DNA from: Chiloscyllium plagiosum
Taxonomy: Eukaryota
Length of the DNA stretch: 64,000 nucleotides
Direction: 5' to 3'
NCBI RefSeq assembly: GCF_004010195.1
Contig: NC_057711.1
Location: forward strand, 75,940,208 to 76,004,207
The translations under genes were made by a program, and so were the position numbers. Under the pieces are notes generated by a model, which saw only the letters and a list, made by a program, of their open reading frames with translations, did not search any database and was not told the origin of the DNA. This document shows, piece by piece, positions 26,460-37,843 of the stretch (the stretch's first letter is position 1; each line of letters starts with the position of its first letter).

Positions 26460-26652
26460 GTCTAGAGACTTGCAGGTGAGGTAGATTGGCCGTGTCAAAT
26501 TGTCTGTAGTGTACAGGGATGTGCAGGCTAGGTGGATTAGCCATGGAAAATGCAGGGATAGGATTGGGGGGGGAACGAGGTGAATGCTTTATGGAGGGTT
26601 GGTGTGGACTCAATGGGTTGAATCCCTGCTTCCACAATGTAGGGATTCTATG
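26460..26652 (+). mobile_element. tRNA-SINE 3' half
   Basis: GCAGGTGAGGTAGATTGGCCGTGTCAAATTG...GATGTGCAGGCTAGGTGGATTAGCCATGG...CCTGCTTCCACAATGTAGGGATTCTATG. Confidence 0.7.
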
Positions 26653-27499
26653 GTAATGCCTTTTTTTTTGATGAGAGAGAAATAATGTTTGTAGAGGATG
26701 ACAGACATAAGCGTGAGAGAGCAAGAGTATTAATGGGTTGAAGAAGTGTGGCTGTTTAGATGAGAATGTGAAGTGTTTGGAGAGAGGGTCAACTGCAAGT
26801 TGTGGTGACCTATATAATGTTGGGAATGTTAAAATCTAGAGTTGGCATCTGTTTGTTTTTTAAAAGAATGTTTCTGGCCCTGATAACAACAGCATACAAC
26901 AGATTGTATTTTAATCAGCTTATTCAGAGGTGTTACTACTTCCTTTCTTTGAGTGCCATTTAGGGTTAAACTTTGTTTTGACCCCTTTAATTTGTTTTTT
27001 TTAAGTACACCACTGACTTTTTCCAAGTAATGGCCAGTTGTATTTCCTCCAGGACATTCTTCAAAGCTGTGTTTTAAATGAACACACGCACCCCTGTCTG
27101 CTGTGTTATCTCCAATTTCCTTGTTGCCTTCAATGTTGGAGTGAAGGCAGCATATTTATGGCAACAGGAATAATCAGTGACTGTATTCTCACAGCTCAAG
27201 CAGTGCTTTAGTTAAAGTTGATTTTGCAGACATTGACACAAATTTGTGGCTTAACCATTATCTTTCCATCCTGCTGTCGGGGTTTATGCAATTATACAGT
27301 TATTCAGTCAGGGTACCAATTTCTTCCTTGCCCGTTCAACTGTCTTGAGACAAGCCCACCACACACAACTTCACCAAACTAGTTTATATTCATTAATAGG
27401 AAGAAAATCAAAATTATTAATGCTAATATAAATAATGTTTTTGTGCACACAAACGCATTAGCTGGTACCTGAAGATGTTATGCTACTATCCTGTCATAC

Positions 27500-27959
27500 C
27501 TTTTTCATGTTCTAGGTCCTCTTCTTGCACTGCCTTCAGGCGACAGGCACTTCATGCAACGCCTTCCTTAGCCATTTCCATCTATGTCTGCTTAGTTTAA
27601 GAGGCTGGCTGCTTCCTCACATCCTTGTGAGAGTCCATCTCACTGCTATCCTTTACATCCTTCAGGATGGCCTCTTTTTAAGAATAAATGACCTGGTGAG
27701 TAGTTTTCCCAGGTATCTTCACCATTCCTGTGATTGCTGCAGCTTTAAAAATCCAAGTGCTGGTGAGCCCTTCTAAATTGCTAATTAGAAATCTTTCCTT
27801 TGATAAAATGAACATGCCACTCTGTCCACCATTGCTAATTGGTCATGAAACAGATGCCACGATGATGCCATGTCAAGTGCCTTGGTAAAGCTAACTTATT
27901 GTTTTCTGTTCTGGTTCCGAGCATGGGAATAGGCTCACCCTGTCCTGAGAATTCCATCC
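27500..27959 (-). mobile_element. Relic of a PIF/Harbinger-type transposon: degenerate Myb/SANT ORF and putative 5' TIR
   Basis: Minus translation from 27725: MVKIPGK...EAILKDVKDSSEMDSHKDVRKQPAS*TKQT*MEMAKEG...*RQCKKR, resembling the Harbinger Myb/SANT pattern (E.LL..V......L....RK.P....KQ.W.E.A........W.QC.KR). The terminus GGATGGAATTCTC abuts a TAA/TTA triplet (27960-27962). Confidence 0.55.
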
Positions 27960-29071
27960 TTAGCATTCAATAATTGCTGTAAATCAAAGATCAATAAAAA
28001 TTGTATAAAATATTTCTTCAAAATATTTTATATTCAAATACTTGCATCTCTCAGGGCTGAAAGCTTTAAACGTAAACTCTGAAGTTGTTATTCTCCTTTT
28101 AGAAATGTTGGGATAATACTTGCTTCCAAATATCTCTGCTTTCTGTGAAACTGTTATTTATTTCACCGAGTCCCTTCTAGAATGTTCCGTATTGGCTGAC
28201 AGAAATTAGCAAGCAAAATTATGCACAAAATTGTTATTCATTTCTTTAAACATGCAAGGATTTTTAGAAGAACTTTGGTCAGAAGAATGTGGCATCTTAT
28301 TTTGTTGTCATAAACCTGTCAGTTTGCTTGTCAGCCAAGACTTTGAGAATGATGCCAAGCAGTCTGTTTTAATGTAAGCAGACTGAATAATGTGTGATAC
28401 ATACATACACATGACTGGCTATTTCCTTTTGAATTTTTCTTTTTGTTCAAGGGAACATGAGTGTCACTGGCTTGGCCAGAATTTATTCCCTGTTCCTAAA
28501 TGTGCTGGAAAAGATGGTAAGCCGCCATCTTGAACCACTGCAGTCCCTAAGACGCACAGTGCTGTGAGGAAGGGAGAAGATTTTGATCCGGTTGTTTAAA
28601 TTGTTAAAGGACCAAACAACACTAATGTTTTTATTAACTTCCACTTTTGAAAGTGATGGGTTTTATCTGGAGCCATCGAAGACCATGTTAAAATTCTAAA
28701 TGAAGTAACTCTGGTCGAGAAAGGAAATCTCTAAGAGAACTAATTACATTACCGTTTAGCACATTATTTAAAATACAAGTGAAGTTCATAGCTACTGTTC
28801 ACCTAATTTGTTCCTATTCAAATGAATATTTTTGGCAATTCAAATAAAATAATTTCTAGATTTCTGTTTTAACATACAAAATAGTGATGGATCTTGTAGG
28901 AGTTTGGTTAGAAACCGTATCTAAAGTAACTCAAAGACAAGATGCCTCTTTTCGATAAGCCTAAGAATCACTTTTAGTACTGATTAGCAAGCATACTAAA
29001 GATGTTGTAACGTGTTTGCTGTGTAATTCCAAGCCTGTATTCTAAATCTGCTTGCCTTTTTCCTTTTCCAG

Positions 29072-29130
29072 GTATCACAAGAACTGCAAGCAATGCAGAA
29101 GAATATCTTGATGATGAAGATTCTGATTAA
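29072..29130 (+). CDS. OSTF1: Osteoclast-stimulating factor 1, last coding exon (acidic tail and stop)
   Basis: Strong acceptor cttgcctttttccttttccag|GT, in phase with the 7630-7728 exon. Encodes (G)ITRTASNAEEYLDDEDSD*, matching the recalled OSTF1 C-terminus RTLSNAEDYLDDEDSD. Confidence 0.95.
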
Positions 29131-31500
29131 TTTATTCAAAGTTCAGACATCAAACACTTATTAATACTTCCCTTTAGTTTGTTTTATCCCGATTTTGCTT
29201 AAATTATCTTGGCATCTGTAAATCAAAAAACAAAGTTGCTGAAATTCAGTACTGAATTGCAGTATTATTCCAGAAACTTTACATTTTTGTTTTCCTGGTT
29301 TCCTTTACCCATATTGCTCTGCTGTGATTACACAGAAAAATGTGATCTGAACTTATTTTCCTCCCCACCATACATGAATGAGTTAATCTTTTTATTTGAA
29401 TCGCTCAGCTGATGCTAATTGAACTAATTTGAAACCTGCAGAGTATGGATTTCCAAATGTAATTTAAAAGCAATACTTAATGCTGAAAATAGTCTTTGTT
29501 GAGACTCTTTGAAAGTGTAACATTTGCTGTCTGGCAATCAAAAAAGATTAATTTCCTGAAAAGCTAGTTTGTGATTTCCACCAGAGTGGATATACACATG
29601 TATGTTTGCATGTTATGTTTAGACATTAATATGTTCCCTGTTTTATTACTGTTTTGTTGCTGTGGACTCTGGCAACTATCACAATATGATGGTGACAAAG
29701 GAAAATACTTGTTTTGAACCTTATGCTTTAGCATGTCATCAATTGGATATCAAAATCCGTATAAATATCAAGCTAGTCGATGGTGAATGACTCATTTAGA
29801 ATATTGTACTTGATTTTGATTGTCCTGATCATGATATGTATAGATTGGGTATTTGTATTAAGATAATAGAATTTTCAATTTTTCTTACACCGATTTAGAA
29901 CAAGGATCAGCCTTTCAAACAGTTGATAAGGCACAGTGCAGATTGCTTTCAATGGATGAAATATATTTCAAGCTAAGTGGCTTATCTAGGTGGTTGCTGA
30001 TGCCTTTTAATTGGAGGCAACCTGGGAACAGGCTATTTGCTTGGCCACCTCAGTAGAGAAGATATATAATTACAGAATAATGGAAATTAACGTTCAAATT
30101 TGGAGCAGTAGGTCATAATGTCCCTCATGCCTTCTCCACCATTCCATAAGATTGTGACTGTCTGTCTTATTATAGCTTTAACTCCATATTCCCACCTACC
30201 TCTGATGTCCTTTGACTTCCATATTAACCTCAAACATATCTACGTGCCTTTAAAGTTACTCCGTGACCTGCCTCCGTTGTTCTCTCGGAAAGAAAGTTCC
30301 AAAGACTCAGACACTCTGAAGAAAAAAAATCACTTTGTCTTAAATGGAAGACCTTTTGTTTTTTTAAATGACCCTGCAATGGGAAACATAATTCTAGCAT
30401 CCACCTCAAATTCCCTCAGGATCTTGTGCATTTCAGTAACATCACCATTCATTCATTTGAACTCCAATGGATACGGCCCAAGCTATTCAACCTTTTCATC
30501 AGGAGGTACCCCAGTTCTTCCCCTCCCTCTCTCCATTCCTCTTGCCCCAGAAATTCAAGGTGTCAAGTGAGCTACCCTCTAATATAACTATTGTCTGTTA
30601 AGGAGACCAAAACTGTAAACTGTACTCCAAATGTCGTCTCACCTATGATCTGTGAAACTGTGGCAAAATATGCTGCCTTAAAATAATCTTTGAGATGAGG
30701 ATGCCCTGATCCCTCTGTACCTCAGAATTCTGCAAAATCTCTGCATTTAATGAAATGCTGTTTTTCTATTTCTGCAGACAAGTTAACATTTTCCTACGCT
30801 ATACTCCATGTGCTCTAACAAATTTTGGTCGCACTCAATCTTATATACGGCCCTTTGCAGACACCATGTGTCCACTTACTGTCCTGGTTTTATTTGTCAT
30901 CAAATTTAAAGATCATAATTATGGTCCCTTTGTCCAGGTTATTGTGAGAAATTGTAAATAGTTGAGGCACCAACACTGAAAATAACAGTTTTATGCTTAA
31001 ATGACCCCATAAAACAAAATCACATTTATATGTCATGAAAGAAATGTTTTGTTTGTAGCTATATTAGTGGGCATTTTCCCATCCACTCATCGCTGTGCAC
31101 TTGATCGTTTTAAAGTTGTTTTATTGTGCAATTGGGACCATGTGTAAATACATAAAAATCCAATAGATTACAAATTTGATATGAGAATTGGTGAAAAATG
31201 AGCTTGAATGTTAGGAGCTTTTAGATTACTATGAAATTCAAGGTTTCTGCTTTTTAAATTCTTGTTTGTGGATGATACAGTTTAGTAAACAAATTAGACA
31301 TTAATAGGGTAAACATAACTCTTCTATAAGCTTTAAATGCTTTAAATATCCTCGTAGCTATTGAACTTCAGGTCCATTATGTTTTGGAAGAACTGCAAAG
31401 TGAATTTCTATGCATTTTGAATATTTTATAACATAATTTAAGAAATATGACATTGAGTTGCCGCTCCTGTTCTCGGAATAAACGTTTTGAAGAAAATAGC
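29131..31500 (+). other. OSTF1: Probable OSTF1 3' UTR (AT-rich); includes decayed antisense CR1 at ~30080-30980
   Basis: Follows the stop codon; the first canonical AATAAA I can find is at 31477-31482. Earlier non-canonical signals cannot be excluded. Confidence 0.5.
31477..31482 (+). terminator. Candidate polyadenylation signal for OSTF1
   Basis: AATAAA followed by T-rich sequence (TTTGAATTTTATTT). Confidence 0.45.
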
Positions 31501-31766
31501 ATTTGAATTTTATTTATAACACACACCAGTACAAAAGCATACAGTATATAATTACACTCAGATCAGTATTTCTTTTAGTAGCATTTAGAAGCTATCATGT
31601 ATGTAAAATCTAACATTTAGTTGTCCCGCAATTCAAGGGTCGTTTCTGCCATGGGTTTTTGTATAACTGAACAACCTGAATCTTGATCTAAAGATCTTGG
31701 GGGTACATGAGCTGGATTATCCTACGTAGTGTGATCCAATATAGTAGTACATGTTTCCTTTCCTTT

Positions 31767-32508
31767 TGCTTTTGACCAGGCCAGACCCCCTAAAATATAT
31801 TAAGAAGGTAGCCTCGACCCTAAGGTTTTGATCTAAAAGTAAACGTGAGATGCTGTGTTCCAGATGCAATTTGATTAGTCAAACTACTCAATGTTAAGCA
31901 AAAACCCAATTTATTCAAACACTATAGTTAAAGTACAACAAAAAAAGGGGGAACTCAAATAACAACTCAATTAGAAAACTTAACAGAATAATAGTAACTA
32001 TTCTGATTGTTTCAATTACTAACATTTCATAAACCACCCTCCGCAAAAAGTAAATTCAGAAAACAGATTGCCTACTCAGGAATTGCATGTGAGACAGAGA
32101 ACCCCCACCTTTTGGCTGTAACAGAGCAGGGGAACAAAAAAAAACTTCTCCTTCTTAAAGATCTCAACAACTACTGAAAGCTAAACCTAAAATCCCTGGT
32201 TCTGTGGATGGGAATTTGACCACACCCATTCAGGCTACTTCTATTGTTCCAACTGTTATGTAAAAAAAAAAACACCCAAGGCTTCACAAGTTGTTTTATC
32301 TTCTCTTGACCATTCAGCACCTGGGTGCCACATGCTCTAAAAGAAGGGCTTCTGCCCGAAACGTCAATTTTCCTATTCCTCAGATGCTGCCTGACCTGCT
32401 GTACTTTTCCAGCACCACTCTAATCTAAACTCTGATTTCCAGCATCTGCAGTCCTTACATTTGCCTCTCTAAAAGAAATCAAGACAAACTAGACCTTTTA
32501 CAACTACG
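31767..32508 (-). mobile_element. Putative solo LTR
   Basis: Starts TG (TGCTTTTGACCAGGCCAGACCCCC) and ends ..ACTACG (CA>CG?). CTTT lies on both sides (31763-31766, 32509-32512). Minus-strand AATAAA near 31910. Confidence 0.45.
32346..32466 (+). mobile_element. Short PLE-terminus insert with 11-bp TSD, beginning inside the hammerhead stem II
   Basis: CTCTAAAAGAA at 32335-32345 and 32467-32477; the insert begins GGGCTTCTGCCCGAAACGTC. Confidence 0.75.
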
Positions 32509-33677
32509 CTTTCCATGTTTCCCACCATTCTGTTCCCAGTTAAGATATTGGGACTGTGTGAGATGCAGCTTGAGGGACAAGTTGCTGCTACTTTGAGCAA
32601 TTAGAAATGTGGTGATAATAGTTACTCCATATACTAAGACTTTTGATGACTTGTGAAGATCTTTGTTGCTAAATATTTGCTGCTGTAGTTTGGAAAAGGA
32701 CAGCTGTCACGGTTGTGGTCCAGTGTTGAATATTCTCATCTACAATGGTCTTTTGAGAGAGGTGACTGCTGATTTATGGGAAGTTCTCAACATATCCTGG
32801 AATCACCCCCTTCAAATATGGGAGTTGCAATGTTTGGCTGATCAGGTCTGTTATGAGTTTTGTTTCAGCAGTACAGTATTCAAGAATAGGTCTAACAATT
32901 TGTAAGCCAGGTTGAGAAATCGAGTGCCTTGTACATCTGGTACAGAAGGGGCAAAATACTGCAGTCAATTGCGAACTATAGATTGTGTGTTGATAGTAGT
33001 TAGTTTAGCTTTGGCACAGAGGTGATTGAGGTTCAAGTGTTCAACCTCTAAAAGGTACTTAGTATTGACAAAAAGCTGTTGTTCTGCAATGACATGACTG
33101 CTAATGTTGAGTATGTTGTAAATTATGTGGGGCTACCACACTGCTTACTTGACCACTGTTTGGATTTTGAAGACAGCTGTTTTTCACATCTCTCACTTCA
33201 CGACAGTTATAGTAATTTATCAACCTGAAGCAATTGCAGAATTGTGATAAAATTTAAGATCCCAGGAACACAATTCGCAGAGCTTCGCAATTTACTGAAT
33301 CAAATGGTTTGGTCATTCAAAGTTTTTCTTCTATTCCTTGGGCAACAAAGACCATGGGCTGAATGTTACATGCTGAATGCTGAAAAGATACACCAAGAGA
33401 TTATTCAGCTGTATATTTGCACTAGTTACCCATTATAATCTGCTTAACAGCATCTGGTCCATAGCATGACAGGTTACAACACTTCGTACGCAGATCCAGG
33501 TTAATTTTAAATGAAGTGAGATTTCCATCTCAACCACTAACCCGGGCAGTGTATTCCAAACACACTCCACCCTCTGGGTTGAAAGATTTTCCTGGAAATT
33601 AATCCCTCTGCCTAGGGAATCAGGTCTTCCCTGTCCAATTGATTGAAATTGCTGATTATTTTGTATACATCAATTAA

Positions 33678-34270
33678 GTTGCCCATCAGCCTTTCCTTAT
33701 CCAAGGAAAATAACCCCAGTATATCCAGTCTTTCCTTTTGTACCTACAAAATTCATGCCTTGGCAACAATTGTACAACAATTTTCTCCCTGTACTATATC
33801 TCGAGCTGCTGTTTTTTTTTGTAAATTTACAATAGTACAGTGGGCTCTTTTTGGTTATTTAGATTAGATTCCCTCAGTGTGGAAACAGGCCCTTTGGCCC
33901 AACAAGTGCACACAGCCCGTCTGAAGAGAAACCCACCCAAACCCATTCCTCTACATTTACCCCTGACTAACTCACATCATTATTTTGTTGCCCATCAGCC
34001 TTTCCTTATCCAAGGAAAATAACCCCAGTATATCCAGTCTTTCCTTTTGTACCTACAAAATTCATGCCTTGGCAACAATTGTACAACAATTTTCTCCCTG
34101 TACTATATCTCGAGCTGCTTTTTTTTTGTAAATTTACAATAGTACAGTGGGCTCTTTTTGGTTATTTAGATTAGATTCCCTCAGTGTGGAAACAGGCCCT
34201 TTGGCCCAACAAGTGCACACAGCCCGTCTGAAGAGAAACCCACCCAAACCCATTCCTCTACATTTACCCC
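33678..34270. repeat. Near-identical ~285-bp tandem duplication spanning a CR1/SINE junction
   Basis: Copy 1 at 33678-33963 and copy 2 at 33987-34270 differ only around a poly-T run. Confidence 0.9.
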
Positions 34271-34472
34271 GAACGCACCTAACACTGTGGGCAATTTAGC
34301 ATAGCCAATTCACCTAACCTGCGCATCTTTGGATTGTGGGAGGAAACCGGAGGACTCAGAGGAAACCCATGCAGACACAGGGAGAATGTGCAAACTCCAC
34401 ACAGACAGGCGGGAATCAAACCCAGGACCTTGGTGCTGTGAGGCAGCAGTGCTAACCACTGAGCCACCGAGC
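34165..34472 (-). mobile_element. tRNA-derived SINE (HE1-like)
   Basis: Minus-strand head CGGTGGCTCAGTGGTTAGCACTGCTGCCTCACAGC...GGGTTTGATTCCC (A/B boxes); tail (ATCTA)n. Confidence 0.85.
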
Positions 34473-34739
34473 CGTTATGTTTAATTGAGATCTGTCACTT
34501 GATTAAAATTTTAAAATATAAAACATTAGGTACTAAGTTAGCCTGGAGTAATGATTTTTCTTTTAAGAGTAAGATTGTGCTATTTTCTGGGTCTGTAGAT
34601 TAAGGTGCAAAAAAAGCCTTTAGTGGACTGATATGCTCTTCCTGTCAGATGTGAGAGATTAGGGAGAGTTTTCATGTTACTGATGATTATTTCTGCAGTA
34701 AGTGTATTTGCTTGCAAACACAGTCAGAAATCCTATCGG

Positions 34740-35090
34740 ATCCTAATAGAGACATACAAGATAATCAGAGGGTTAGATAGGGTGGACAGGGAGAGCCTTT
34801 TTCTAAGTATGGGGATGGCAAACACGAGGGGACACAACTTTAAAGTGAGGGGAGATAGGGATAAGACAGATGTCAGAGGTAGGTTCTTTACTCAGAGTAG
34901 TAAGGGTATGGAATGCTTTACCTGCAACAGTAGTAGGTTTGCCAAGTTTAAGTGCATTTAAGCAGTCATTGGACAGGCATATGGACGTACGTGGAATAGT
35001 GTAGGTGGGATGAGCTTCAGATTAGTATGACGGTGGTGCAATATTGAGGGCCGAAGGGCCTGTACTGCGCTGTGATGTTCTATGTTCTAT
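34740..35090 (+). mobile_element. CR1 LINE 3' end
   Basis: LIETYKIIRGLDRVDRESLF...TRGHNFKVRG...GRFFTQ; tail TGTTCTATGTTCTAT. Confidence 0.85.
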
Positions 35091-35134
35091 ATCACATGGA
35101 TCAATTGGAGCAGCAGTTAGAGGCAGTGAGGAGA

Positions 35135-36628
35135 TGCAATCCATCAACAGTGACCAACTCAACACTGATATTTTCTATAAACCCACCGATTCCCACAGCT
35201 ACCTGGATTACACAGCTTCCCACCCTGCCTTCTGTAAAAATGCTATCCCTTATTCCCAATTCCTCCATCTCCGTTGCATCTGCTCCCAGGAGGACTAGTT
35301 CCACTTCACACCAGATGGCTTTCTTCTTTAAAGACCGCAATTTAATATATCATCAAGTGCTCAGGGGCAGACAACAGTCCTCAACAGGTAGTCAGTCCTA
35401 CTCAGGGAGCTGTTTTCACGAGAAAGGCTGAACACCTAGGAAAGAATTCTCTCCCACTTTGGGTAGAGAGCAGGATATTGCCTTTACAAATACATCAAAA
35501 CAGACAGGTTTTGTGCAACAACCTGTTTGCCCTTGGTTATCAGTGAACCATATTCAATTGGTACAGCTTTATACTTCCTTTGTCTAATTTATTAAGGTAT
35601 CAGATCGAAACTACCACTTAATAAACTTAATAAACTATCTGGAAATTGTTTCAAATGGTCAACTGCCTTTGCAAGGTAACGATGATCATGAACCCCCAAA
35701 ATCTAACTGTCCATTCCTCATCAGCTGAGAAGACCTCCATATCCGCCCTCAAACCCCACCCCTCCAACTGCAACAAGGACAGAACTCCCTTGGTCCTCAC
35801 ATTCCACCACACCAACCTCTGTATACAACGCATCATCCTCCACCATTTCCACCACCTACAAACTGACCTCACCAGCAGAGATATATTTCCCTCCCCATCC
35901 TTATCCACTTTCCGTAAAGACCGTTCCTTCCACGACTACCTCATCAGATCCACACCCCCACCCAACAACCCTGCCCTCCTGGCACCATCCCCTGCCATCA
36001 CAGGAATTGCAAAACCTGCACCCACCCTCTTTCCCTCTCTCTTTTCTCCCCCCAGCCAAGGCCCTATCAAAGTTTCACCTGCACTTCCTACACATCGTTT
36101 ACTGTATCCATTGCTCCCAATGCGGTCTCCTCTACAGTGGGGAGACAGGACGCTTACTCGCAGAGCGCTTCAGAGAATATCCCCGGGACCGTGGCCAAAC
36201 ACTTCAACTCTGCCCCCCACCCCGCCCATACAGGTCCTCAGCCTCCTCCATCGCCACAACCTTACCACCCGACACCTAGAGAAAGAATGTCTTGGGACCC
36301 TCCAACCCTATGGCAAAAGTTTCCTCACTTGCCCTCTCCCCATCTTATCCCAGTTTCAACCTTCCAGCTCAGCACCACCTTCATGAACTGTCTTACCTGT
36401 CCATCTTCCTTCCCACCTATCAGCTCCACCCTCTCCTCTGACCTATCACCATTATCCCCATCTCTATCCACCCATCACACTCTTAGCTACCAGCCTCATT
36501 CCCAATGAAGGGCTTTAGCACAAAATGTTGATTTTCCTGCGCTTTGGATGCTGCCTGACCTGCTATGTTTTTCTAGAACCACATTCTCAACTCCAATCTC
36601 CAGCATCTGCAGTCTTCACTTTTGCCTA
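35135..36628 (+). mobile_element. Decayed Penelope-like element (second family), interrupted by an unclassified insert at ~35342-35715
   Basis: TDIFYKPTDSHSYLDYTASHP...AIPYSQFLHLRCICS (RT thumb) and IVYCIHCSQCGLLYSGETGR (GIY-YIG); degenerate hammerhead ~36504-36530. Confidence 0.85.
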
Positions 36629-36974
36629 TTTTCTGAATGACCTGAACTGAGACTGATGCACCACTCTTAATCTTTCAGCTTCACCTCTCCTTGTCTTACC
36701 TCACTCTTTGTTTTCACCCAACTCCAAAGCACTCTCATTGAGCCAAGCTCCACTCACAGTGTAGCCTTGTCATTTTGATTGTCTGCTCATTCCTACACTG
36801 ACCTCAACCTCCTGCACCGTTCCAATGCAGTTCAGTCAGAGTTCAGCCCTTCATAACCTCCACACTCAATATGGACTTCACCAGTTTCACAATAAACAGA
36901 GAGTTGTCAGGATCTAGAACATTCCACATGATAAGATACTGGAGTTCAAGTCCATAAGGAATTTTAAGGGAGAA

Positions 36975-37285
36975 AGTGCACAGAGAAACCAGAGGACACA
37001 GCTTAAAAATACGGGGTAGACCATTTAGGACAGAGATGAGGAGAAATTTCTTCACCCAAAGAGTGGTGGCTGTGTGGAATGCTCTGCCCGAGAGGGCAGT
37101 GGAGGCCCAGTCTCTGGATTCATTTAAGAAAGAGTTGGAGAGAGCTCTCAAGGATATTGGAATCAAGGGTTATGGAGATAAGGCAGGATCAGGATACTGA
37201 TTAAGGATGATCAGCCATGATCATATTGAATGGTGGTGCAAACTCGAAGGGCAGAATGGCCTACTCCTGCACCTATTGTCTATTG
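36975..37285 (+). mobile_element. Young CR1 3' end
   Basis: ETRGHSLKIRGRPFRTEMRRNFFTQRVVAVWNALPERAVEA...GIKGYGDKAG is intact. Confidence 0.9.
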
Positions 37286-37499
37286 TCATATATATTTGAG
37301 AATAAGGAGCTGATATGTTAAACATATGAAATGGGTGATTGGGACTAAATATGACAGTTCTTTCAAAGAGACAAGGAGTAATTTGGATAAACCTGTGCTC
37401 CCTCTCAGACAAATATGTCCTTCCTCAGCTGCAGGGCCCAGAACTGAACGTATATCCCAGCAGTGATCTAACCACTAATTTGAGTATCTTGCTGCTTTT

Positions 37500-37843
37500 T
37501 TGATTTGGAGATGCCAGTGTTGGACTGGGGTGTACAAAGTTAAAAATCACACAACACCAGGCTATAGTCCAACAGGTTTAATTTGAAGCACTAGCTTTCG
37601 GAGCGCCATTCCTTTATCATCAGGTGGTTGCAATCACCTAGTGCTTCCAATTAAACCTGTTGGACTATAACCTGGTGTTGTAGGTTATAGTCCAACAGGT
37701 TTAATTTGAAGCACTAGCTTTCGGAGCGCCATTCCTTTATCATCAGGTGGTTGCAATCACCTGATGAAGGAGCAGCGCTCCAAAAGCTAGTGCTTCCAAT
37801 TAAACCTGTTGGACTATAACCTGGTGTTGTGTGATTTTTAACT
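37500..37843. mobile_element. Palindromic PLE-terminus derivative, internally duplicated, three hammerhead motifs, 11-bp TSD
   Basis: TTGCTGCTTTT at 37489-37499 and 37844-37854. Minus-strand CAC-CTGATGA-TAAA-GGAAT-GGC-GCTCC-GAAA-GC-TA-GTG at 37589-37626 and 37712-37749. Plus-strand copy at 37758-37792 with GAAA>AAAA. Confidence 0.85.

Noticed and set aside
27525..27776. 83-aa plus-strand ORF overlapping good splice sites
   Set aside because: The open frame is not the OSTF1 phase and the peptide resembles nothing I recognise; it is the antisense of the Harbinger relic. Kept only as a possible poison exon.
35646..36386. Longest ORF in the track (246 aa)
   Set aside because: A chimera of an insert and frameshifted Penelope sequence, not a host gene.
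37500..37843. CRISPR-like or prokaryotic repeat array
   Set aside because: No regular repeat-spacer periodicity, eukaryotic context, and explained as a duplicated palindromic retro-derived element.
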